A stretch of DNA of 64,000 bases, taken from assembly GCF_027921745.1 (NCBI RefSeq), contig NC_079240.1:930001-994000 (forward strand). The letters are read 5' to 3'. The notes under the pieces are model-generated. The model ran no database searches. It was not told the origin of the DNA and saw only the letters and a program-made list of their open reading frames with translations. Shown here piece after piece: positions 1 to 9,148 of the stretch. Position 1 is the stretch's first letter; every line of letters starts with the position of its first letter. The DNA is from Schizosaccharomyces osmophilus (lineage: Eukaryota). Made by a program: the position numbers and the translations under genes.

Positions 1-1838
1 CTTGCAATAACTTTTCATATTCTGCAGGCTTGGGCCCATAGCGAGCAAAAGGATGATCGAAGAGATCTAAATAAATTTGAGTAGCAAGTTGACAAGCTTC
101 ATAAAAAGCAGAATTATTGAATACGCCGTCTTCCCAAGAGAGCAGATCCAAGTAATTACGAATGGTGTTCTTACGAAAAGCAAAGAAATGAAAATCGAAT
201 TGGTCATCAGCCCAAGCTTCAAAGATAGAGAAAACAATGTTGAAACGCTTCAATGCCATAGCATATTTCTTTTGACGATAAAACGACTTTGCGTCTTCCA
301 ACATATACCAAAGGCATTGCATATCAGCAAGGTCACCTACGGAACCGCCGACAGCTTCATTTCTAGTGAATAATCCGACGGTGTTCGCAGCAAGTTCATT
401 TTCATGATTGCGTAACATGTATTTTGCACACTTGTTGTTCACGAAACGATCTTGTAAATCTAATTTGCGGGAAAAATCCATAGTTTCCATAGCTTCCTGT
501 AATTTCCCTTGGTGCTTGAAAATTCTTGCCTGTGTCATGTAAAGTTCAACGAGGGTAGGAGTATGTTGAAGTGCTAGAGAAATATAATGTTCAGCTTGAT
601 TCAACTCGCGTTTATAATCAAAGTGTTGAGCCAAATAATAGTATGTCCAAAGCAGGGAAGTAGGAATTTGCACTTCAGTATCTGCAGTCGAAAACTTTGC
701 ATGGTCCAACAAAGACGAGGCATAACCGGAAACCAACTTTTCGACTATCTCACATTTAGAAGTATCTTTGTATAAAGACTTGATGTCTACAAATACAGAA
801 GGAATTCCTCGTTTAAGCTTGGCACGCAAATACAAATCTACTCTCTGAGCGAATAAATCACCAGTTAGCATATCCAAAGGTATTCTTCTGGGACATTCGG
901 ATCTAGGATAAATCACAGAAATCTTATCATAAAGAGAGAGCCACTTATCGTAGTTAAGTACATTGTGCTTATCATCTTCATAGCCATAAGCTTGTTGCAA
1001 CTTGTGAAAATAATCATGGTTGTCAGAATTGCGATCTAACAATCTGATGAGAGTAGCCTTTGCTTCGTCAAATTTTTCCAAAGTTAACTCGTATTCAACC
1101 TTGATCTCCAAAAATGCAGTAAGATCTAAAATCTTCTTTTCTTCGGAAAGCAAGTGTTCATAAGCAGCATTTGCACCATCTTTCTTCAAAATAACCAAGT
1201 TGATAAAAAGTTGAGACTCGGACTCTTCTTGTGGATCAACGGGAATTCCCTGACTGATAGTAGTCTCAAAGGCGTCCAAAATTTTGAACGAACTAGCGAA
1301 TTCGCCTCGAAGATATTGGGCTACAGCCAAGGCGCTCCAATTACCACGGACACCGGGGTTGGTTTGTAAGAGAGAGTTTCTTGTATCAGCCAAAGGCTTG
1401 AATTGACGAAGTTGACTCTGCAAAAGGGCAAGGTCGCGCAAAAGACTAGTATTCCCCCTTTCCAGCTTTTGGGCATTAATGTAGCATTTAGCTGCTTGTA
1501 CATAATCTTTATCTGCTTTGCAAACAAGACCATAAATATGCCAACAAACACCGGAAGCAACATCGTGACGAAGACCGCAACGAACGTTTTCATAACCTTC
1601 TTTGATTTGTCCTAACGAATGAAGAAGAATACCTTTAAGGGCGATTGATTCACCATGTTCAGGATGCTTTTCGATTACAGACTCAATAGCCTTGAGACCC
1701 TTTTTGTATTGTCTAGTCTCGTAGCATTTCTACGAACGTTAGCAATGTTTCTCAAAATAAAAATTTTTTGGCAAGTAAACTTACTAAAGCCGTACGAAAT
1801 TGAGTAATATCCTTTGGACTCAGTTGTACTTTGGCCAT
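1..1838 (-). CDS. nat1: NatA N-acetyltransferase auxiliary subunit (Nat1/Naa15), 3' end beyond window start; exons 1785-1838 and <1-1729
   Basis: Manual translation [54 protein letters not shown] is the NAA15 TPR N-terminus. Intron 1730-1784 has GTAAGT..CTAAC..TAG. Not in the ORF track because no stop falls in the window. Confidence 0.93.
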
Positions 1839-2818
1839 TCCAGGGTACTTGTTGAGGACAGAGGTGGTGTCTCAGAAGCGGTTCCCGCAGAATCATTCGT
1901 ATGCTCAAGTTTTCACCCAAAGGTCTAGCCATTCCTGTAAGCTTATGTAAAGAAAAAAAATGAATATTTTCCTTTATTTTTAATTCCATCTTCAAGAAGC
2001 ACAAACCGGAAATCTTCGGAGAAGCACCTTTTCCCTTGCAACTCTCTTCTTCATACAAAGTTGCTGCTAAATTTGCAAATAAATTCTATAAAGTTGTTCA
2101 TCAAATAAGGAGCTACCAAAGGGCTTTTAGTTTGATTTGGACATGAGTGACCTGTTAGGGCCAAATGAGCAAATTCTGAATTGTAAAAACCAAGGAGTGC
2201 ATCTAGAAATTGAGAAGAATAAATAATATTCTTCACTTGAATTAGTGCCAATCTTCTCCTATACTGAAACTCCGCAGGCCACGATTTGGCCGGACTGTAG
2301 TTGGTTATAGCATTGGTCATCATTGAAAACAAAAAGCAGAGTAACTGTTCATTGTTTCATTTTTTATATATGAGAATCCTTTCCATAATATGTTTGCCCA
2401 ATAATACCACGACTGTTTTGTAAAGAGGCCTATGCCCTTGGTGCTTAGATTAAGAGAATTGTAGTTTCCTTCAGTTTTCTCTTTAAAGCTTGTCTCATTT
2501 ATAAAGTAGTGTATAGTAAATAAGCTTTAACTTTTCCTTTCTCCCTTCCAAGCTCGAAGTGATTCACAATGGAATGCACTGTTTACATTCAATCCTCAGA
2601 AACCACTTGACCATTTCTAATTATCCTGGAAAGCAAGAACTCTCTTAGGTTAGTTACATATATGTGAGCCTAAGATACATACGTAAGGTAGAAAGACGAT
2701 TCATACACTCTCGTTTAAGTCTTCTTCGTTCCAAATTTCCTACTTGGCCATCTTCAAGTTTGGTTTTGATATACATCTTAAACTACATATAGGTATAACC
2801 ATATCAAATTACAGATCA

Positions 2819-2890
2819 GCCCTTATGGCTTAGTGGTACAGCATCGCACTTGTAATGCGAAGATCCTCGGTTCGATTCCGAGTGAGGGCA
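2819..2890 (+). tRNA. tRNA-Thr(UGU)
   Basis: 72-nt cloverleaf GCCCTTA...TGAGGGCA; anticodon loop CTTGTAA; T-arm GGTTCGATTCC; T-runs downstream. Confidence 0.96.
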
Positions 2891-3493
2891 GTCTAATTTT
2901 CTTTTTTCCTTTCCTTTTTTTAAAAGAAAACTGTACACTATATATTGTTTCATAGCTTCTTTTTTTTTTGATTGATTTTTAAAGAAACCCAAATTCAACA
3001 TTTCTACTTCTCATTATAGCCTGTAGCAGACTTATTCCATTCCTTTACTTAATTGACTTGGTCCCTACACTTTTAGACCACAATTTTTAAACTTAGGAAT
3101 TCCTAAGTTTTAACTCGTTTGCAACCTTCACTTCCACAATTTATATACTTACAATAAACTCAAAAAAAAAATTTCTCGCACACAATATATTCATAAACAA
3201 GGTACCTATCTATATCTAAACAAATACTCTAAAATATGTAGGCCATCCTCTCATCTTGCAAGGCGTAATTTGCACATAAAAATACAAGTCGCAAGAGTTC
3301 AAGCGCTTCTTCTCTGCACCCCGTAGCACGAGCAGTTGACATCTGCTATTCTCGGTATGGAGTAAACCAAGTTCGTGACTCTGCGGGTTGCAATGACATT
3401 GTAAAGAATAATGAATGAAAGCGTGACCTTATATAGAAAAAGTGAGTGACTGCTTTCTGTTTAACGGTTTGCAGTGAAACGGAAGGAGACTTG

Positions 3494-3521
3494 ACGCGAC
3501 GCGTCGCGATCTATTGTTTAC
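3494..3521. promoter_or_regulatory. MCB (MBF) cluster plus forkhead core upstream of the small ORF and ctp1
   Basis: ACGCGACGCGTCGCGA at 3494-3509 contains ACGCGT; TGTTTAC at 3515-3521. ctp1 is a known MBF target in S. pombe. Confidence 0.75.
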
Positions 3522-3625
3522 ATTTCGTATAGTTTGCAGCACTCTACTTTTCCCATTCACTAGCTACGTGAATCAGAATTGAACGGCAACTGGAAATTGG
3601 AGGCCGTCTAACCCATTTTTGTTGA

Positions 3626-3910
3626 AGATTCAAAATTAAGCGGAAACACAGTTTTGGTGACGCAGACTCCCCTTTCGAGGAACGTGGATTTTATAAAAGG
3701 ACAAGACCTCTGGAATCGCCAAAGCCAGTCGAATCCCAAATTCAGCCATACACTGCAACCAATGCTTTGTTATATTCTTTGCATGTGGAACGTGAAAAGA
3801 GGATTCATCGTGTAGCGCAAGAAGAATCTAAATTTATCGACGAATATTACTCTCATCAAAATCACGTCCTTAGCGAAACAGCTTTGAATCGACAAAAGCG
3901 GTCCGAGTAA
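3626..3910 (+). CDS. Candidate small protein (~91-96 aa) with a KRKH patch and two Y-x3-N-x2-L helices, FAM104/VCF1-like; start unresolved
   Basis: 94-codon stop-free frame RFKIKRKHSFGDADSPFEERGFYKRTRPLESPKPVESQIQPYTATNALLYSLHVEREKRIHRVAQEESKFIDEYYSHQNHVLSETALNRQKRSE*. It is preceded by branch CTAAC (3608-12) and AAG acceptor (3625-27). There is no in-frame ATG. Confidence 0.55.
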   Translation, partial: RFKIKRKHSFGDADSPFEERGFYKRTRPLESPKPVESQIQPYTATNALLYSLHVEREKRIHRVAQEESKFIDEYYSHQNHVLSETALNRQKRSE

Positions 3911-3961
3911 CTTACTTTTTGCTATAACTGTTTACTTTTAAGTAGCGTGTCTGCCTCACTT

Positions 3962-4900
3962 ATGACTACTGAACAAACGAGCTTAACTCACCGACACTGG
4001 AGTAGCCTGTATCATGAACTAGGAAACGCCATTGAACGTTTGGAAGAAGAAAATCTTCAACTAAAAACAGAGCTGACATATGAAAAAAAGATTCGCGTTC
4101 AAGTAGAACAAGAACTTGCTAATGAGCGTTCTGAAAAAAAGACACTTCCATCTACCAATTCTCCTCGAAAGTCAACGGCGCAAGGCGTTTCCTCAGTGCC
4201 CTCTCTACCAAATTCCCAAGCTTCTACCACGGAAGAAGAAGATGAAATTCCAGGGAGCGAGACTGCTGAGGAGGATTTCAAAGACCATGAAGTACCGAAG
4301 CAGGAACCCATGTCTCCCAAACTCCCCCTCCAAGCTGATGTAAAACCCGAGCATACAAAGAATGCATCCTTTCCAATTTTCAAGGATGAGCCGAATGAGG
4401 ATGCCATGTTATCCAGTGAAAATTCTTATCAAAGCTCTCCCGGCGAAGCCCGTTTACAAGCTCGTGCTCCCGAAGACATGGCTTTGTTACGTGAAACCCA
4501 ACCTTTGGCTCCAGTAGACGTAAATAGTCTTCCTCGATTTCCAGTCCCCAAACAGCCTGAATTTGGAAGTAAAAAAGAAACTAACCAGGATGAATTTGAC
4601 GATGTCATTCGTGGAAAGAAACGAAAGTTATTACCAGCATTTGATTGTCCTGATTGTCAAAAAGTATGCTTTTCTCTTAGTTGTTGAATTTAACTAACCA
4701 AGAAATAGTTTTACAAGTTACACGGCCCTCTCAAGGACACTGGCATTGCACTAGCGTGGAACGACGAGAATCGCAAACCAAATGGCTTGCCTCATACTTG
4801 TCCCCATAATACACTTGTTCAAAAAGTTGGCCGTCATCGACGTATGGCGCCTCCGAAAAAGATACCTGACGGGTTTTGGGAAAGCGACTTTATAGATTAA
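3962..4900 (+). CDS. ctp1: CtIP/Sae2-family DNA end-resection factor Ctp1; exons 3962-4663, 4709-4900
   Basis: N-terminal HW coiled coil, acidic S-x-T sites and CPDC; the spliced exon gives VGRHRR...[10 protein letters not shown]. Intron GTATGC..CTAAC..TAG. Confidence 0.95.
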
Positions 4901-5532
4901 AATCTATAGATATGATAATGGATATTGTTGTGGAATATTATAACTTGTGACGTTTTCGTCAACCTTTTGGATTGCATATGTTCGATGGTTTGTGAAACAA
5001 CAATCATGTTGCTGCAGATAAAAAGGAAAGGGTGCAAAAGCCAGGGTTTATCCCCAAGACAAATATTTTTACAAATGAAAAATGATGATGATTTTAGATG
5101 TTACAACATACTTTTTTGAACTTGCTATTCGTCGCTGCAAGCAACATTGGTATATAACTGAAGAGTATCGATGGGCCCGGAAAACTTGAATTCATGAACT
5201 TACTCTTCTGTATTAATTTACTGCAAAGTGATGGCTCTACAACTTGAAAGGAGAAGTAAAATAAACTAAAGATTAATAGATACTAAATTTCAAGTAAGGG
5301 GGATCAAATTTTTAAATTAAGGAAGCATAAAACAAAGAAAAACTAGTATTCCAAGACAATTGCCTTCATTCTGTATTCGTATAGAAGCAGTCAAAAGAAT
5401 ACTGATACTAAGCTCCGATTACGAGTGAAAAATAGCAGAGAATATGAGTGTAAGAAAGCAAACCAAGAATAAAGCTTCGTTACGAAGGTACAGAAAAGAA
5501 AGATAAGATAATATCAAAAGTAAAAGGGAAAC

Positions 5533-6090
5533 TTAAGCTTGCTTACCAGAAGGAGAGAACATACCACCGCTAATTTGACCACGTCCGTTGAAACCTTCAC
5601 TGGCTTCACCACTAATGGGGTTAATCCTGTTCTCCTTCATGTATTCGTTAGATTTTTCTTGCCATTCACGGGTCATGGTATGAGGAGCAGGGGCAGCTTG
5701 AGTACGAATCAAAGCAAACAAGGCAACGGCAATTATGAGACCAGCAGCGGTTCCCCAGAAGACCGTCTTTTGGTTGATATTACTGTAGGCACGGGGTCCG
5801 TGTTCACCGAAAGCAATCCAGTAAGCAGCACGCTTTTCATCGACCGACAATTCTGTCCAAGGAAGCTTTTGACGAGCGTACAAATCGGTAATTAAAGTGT
5901 CTTTTTCTTCTTGAGGCATTATATCCCATCGCTGCTGCAAATCGACGAGACGAGGACGAGCAATCATGGCATCTGCCAAAGGAGTTTCCTTCTGTAAAGA
6001 GGCAGTACTGTTGGCACCAATGCTAGCCGCGTTACGAAGGCCAAGCAACTGCTTGGGAAGTCGTTGCATTAACAATTTTCCGGACAACAT
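5533..6090 (-). CDS. cox5: Cytochrome c oxidase subunit V
   Basis: PWTELSVDEKRAAYWIAFGEHGPR, one TM helix and TMTREWQEKSNEYMK..NPI of the COX4/Cox5 family; mitochondrial presequence. Confidence 0.95.
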   Translation of the reverse strand: MLSGKLLMQRLPKQLLGLRNAASIGANSTASLQKETPLADAMIARPRLVDLQQRWDIMPQEEKDTLITDLYARQKLPWTELSVDEKRAAYWIAFGEHGPRAYSNINQKTVFWGTAAGLIIAVALFALIRTQAAPAPHTMTREWQEKSNEYMKENRINPISGEASEGFNGRGQISGGMFSPSGKQA

Positions 6091-6216
6091 TACTAAAAGA
6101 ATTGAAAGTTACTAAAACTCTGTTCCTGCTGATGAGAGGAGGGTTGGTCGTGGATGGGAAAGGATCAGTTATACGAACGGACATTGGGTGGTAGCCTTTC
6201 CCATGCCTTCTCCGTT

Positions 6217-6226
6217 AGGGTAGGGT
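6217..6226. promoter_or_regulatory. Homol E-like box in the cox5 promoter
   Basis: Exact AGGGTAGGGT about 130 bp upstream of the cox5 ATG. Confidence 0.45.
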
Positions 6227-6524
6227 TAAGTAAACAAAAACTGCAGTAAGTCAGATACAATAGTAAAAGAATGGAAAAACGAAATAATAAAAAATAATCT
6301 TATTTTTATCTCATTGGTATCAAAAAAATTCTTTTACTGGCAGACCAACAACCTTGATTTGGCAAAACCGATTTGTAAATACGTATATTCTATGTTTTAT
6401 GTTTGGATGCTTCACACTGTCAACATGAGACTTGTGTTCGTAAAACGAGGACACATCAGAGCGAAAGACATGAAATAAAAGAATGAGTACAGTAATTTAG
6501 GGGTAGACGGATACAAAGCTTGCA

Positions 6525-7427
6525 TTATTTGGAGTTACTATACCTCCACCGACTCCAACGGCAAGCGACGGGATATCGCGAGCCAAAATCTTCTTGACCA
6601 GTTTCTTCGCCAGTTTCCCGTACAAACCCAGCTTCGTGCATCAATTCTTCGAATTCGGCAATCTCACCCAAATGTGTCTGACGAAGAGGGTATTCGGTGA
6701 TTGCAATACCGTCCTTCGCTAGATATTTCAAGAATAAAGCAATTGCAAGTCTTCCAAAATTCGTTTCGTAGACACAGTCACTGGCAATAATACGTTCAAA
6801 AGGCTGCGCAAGCCAATTTGGAAGATCATCGTCAGGAGGAGGGTTCATCCAGTCCAACACATGACATTCAACAGCACCGTTGTTTTCATGGACGAGATCT
6901 TCATTTTCCAAAACATTATGCTCCATATTTTTTACGATTTCCGGCAAGTCAGTGCAGACCATTTGCCATCCTAATTGATGAGCAGCACTAATTCCCAAAA
7001 GCCCGGTGCCAGATCCCAGCTCAAGTGCTCGGAGGGATGAGTTGGGTGTTTCCCACTCAGGAAGGTGGGCAGATAATAAAGGAGCAGAGCCCCATGTTTT
7101 GAATCCGAGCGTATCGTAGGTAAGACTTGGTTCTAAAATACGAATGTCCTTATGATTGTTCATGGTGAATGTCCGTACTTTTGTAGGTGCAGCCAAGCGG
7201 CCGCTGCGTTCAGCTATCATCTGACAAATTGTAACCAAAAGTTCTTCTTTCTCATCCGTATTGTCAATCCATTCCATGTTTGTCGCGATGAGTCCTACCA
7301 GCCAATTCAAAATACGCTTTTCATCATCACCGTCTAGATCCCAAACATGATCGCCGGAAGGGATCCTGTTCAACACAGCCTTAATTTGTTGATATGAGGG
7401 TTTCGCTTTAATCAGAGGGAGATCCAT
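6525..7427 (-). CDS. rrg1: SAM-dependent protein methyltransferase (METTL21/Efm2-like)
   Basis: LGFKTWGSA, ALELGSGTGLLG, TDL, LDW and IIASDCVY motifs; syntenic position. Confidence 0.85.
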   Translation of the reverse strand: MDLPLIKAKPSYQQIKAVLNRIPSGDHVWDLDGDDEKRILNWLVGLIATNMEWIDNTDEKEELLVTICQMIAERSGRLAAPTKVRTFTMNNHKDIRILEPSLTYDTLGFKTWGSAPLLSAHLPEWETPNSSLRALELGSGTGLLGISAAHQLGWQMVCTDLPEIVKNMEHNVLENEDLVHENNGAVECHVLDWMNPPPDDDLPNWLAQPFERIIASDCVYETNFGRLAIALFLKYLAKDGIAITEYPLRQTHLGEIAEFEELMHEAGFVRETGEETGQEDFGSRYPVACRWSRWRYSNSK

Positions 7428-8153
7428 TGAAGTCTATTTGTTTCGACACGTTGAATCGCACTTGTCCTAATATTCAAAAAAGCCCGCGAAATATGGTCAA
7501 ATGTTAATTCCCTATAAAACTTTCAAAAACAAACTCAAAAAAGCGACGACTTACACCTAAAGCATACTATATTTCGTCTCTCTTCACTTCCTATGTACTA
7601 CGCTAATTTTTAACCAAATGGTTTGTTTGTTTTACGCAGGTAACGTGTTACCTGTCTCTAAGAAAAAGAGGTTCTTTGTACATTCTTGTAATTCGTGTTT
7701 AAATTGGGTTTTAAAAGAAAGGAACCCAAGTGATTCTCTTGTCTACTGATCCTCTTTTTGCTGTATTTCTCCATCTTTATGCCCATATTTATTAATGTAC
7801 TCCAATTCCATCGCTAGACCTTTTAAGATACATGCGTTTCAAATCTGTATGTTATTTTAAGAAAGTCGTATTTTGTCCGTTACTATATTTACGGACGTAA
7901 CGCAGAGCAACGTAGTTTGCCTATTGCTTAATATCAATCGCTTGTATGTGTCGATATGATAAGGGCCGCTGATGTGCGATGAACAAAGAGGAAGGGTGAG
8001 ACCATTATGTAAAGCATATAAATACATAGCAGCACGTTTAAGAACTTACCTATAACGCTTACAATTCTTTTGAGGAACAGAATTTTTCGAAAGAATCCAG
8101 TTTTATACTTTTCCAATCCTTTATATTCTACACGCTTATATCAAAATCGTAAA

Positions 8154-8594
8154 ATGAGTGAAAAATCCTACATTGTAAGTTTCTTCAAAGCTTTTGAGCA
8201 GTTTCTAGCTCGCGCCTTGCCATTCTGATTTCTTTTTATAAAAATTGATGTCCGAATAGATAAAAGAATACAACATGGGATGATGAAGCAAGAAATTTAG
8301 GAGTACGAGGAACATTTCACTAACCTAAACGTGATGTAGGTACAATTGAAAGACACTACCGATGTGAACAAGTATGTAGCATTTTCTAGTTAAAGGTACA
8401 GTCTAACGAGTTGGTGATGTAGGGTAAAATCTGATTTGGAAGCATCTGGCGTTAAAATCGGTCATGTCTATGATACCGTTTTTAAGGGATTCAGTGTTAC
8501 TCTCCCCGAGAACTCTGTAAGCACTCTGGATGCTCATCCTGAAGTTCAACATTATGAAGCCGACAAGGAAATGCATACCACAAAGAAGGATTAA
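8154..8594 (+). CDS. pbi2: Proteinase B inhibitor (inhibitor I9 family); exons 8154-8174, 8340-8371, 8423-8594
   Basis: Spliced translation MSEKSYIVQLKDTTDVNKVKSDLEASGVKIGHVYDTVFKGFSVTLPENSVSTLDAHPEVQHYEADKEMHTTKKD; both introns canonical (GTAAGT/GTATGT..CTAAC..TAG). Missed by the ORF track. Confidence 0.9.
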
Positions 8595-9148
8595 GACCCC
8601 GAATTGTCACTCTCTTTTCAAGGATTGTCCGATCACTTGCAGTCATAGGAGTGTGTGATTCACGACATCTGTCATGAAGTTTTATAGCGCATTACGATGG
8701 TTGTATATTCAAGATATCCTTCTTTTTTTACGCTATTGAGATACGAAATGAATTTATTAACGTGATATCCTTTATATTAGTTGTGAAAATAAAATGTAAT
8801 TGTATTGTTTATTTAGTAAGTAACGAGTAATACTGCGAAACGTTATACATGATAGGACAATGGAACGAGACAAGGAATAACATTATCGCTTGCTAGGAGA
8901 GAGCAACCATGCATGGACCATATTGAATTGCTTTGACCCAGTTCTAAAGCCAACAGGAAAACCGCACTTTTGTTGGACCAATTTCATTGTTTTGTTTGGT
9001 ATAGATAACGTTTCGTCGGATTTTGCCGATTTATTTTGGATTACTGCCGGGATCTCTCATTGTTTACGCGATCTTGTTCCAAACGCGTGACATAGGTCTG
9101 CTCAAATCAAGCATATGAAATTTAGGATTCCTTGATTTATTTTAAATT

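Noticed and set aside
1901..2332. Possible small genes between nat1 and tRNA-Thr (spliced + strand model from ATG 1901; minus ORF 2051-2332)
   Set aside because: Weak splice signals, a start only ~60 bp from the nat1 ATG, and no recognisable protein features.
3411..3815. Alternative model using ATG 3411 and donor GTGAGT 3442 spliced to 3628
   Set aside because: It gives a different ~70-aa frame with no recognisable motif. It is not excluded, but is less protein-like than the KRKH frame.
8175..8339. Box C/D snoRNA in pbi2 intron 1
   Set aside because: TGATGA is present, but the only CTGA lies upstream of it, which is the wrong order.
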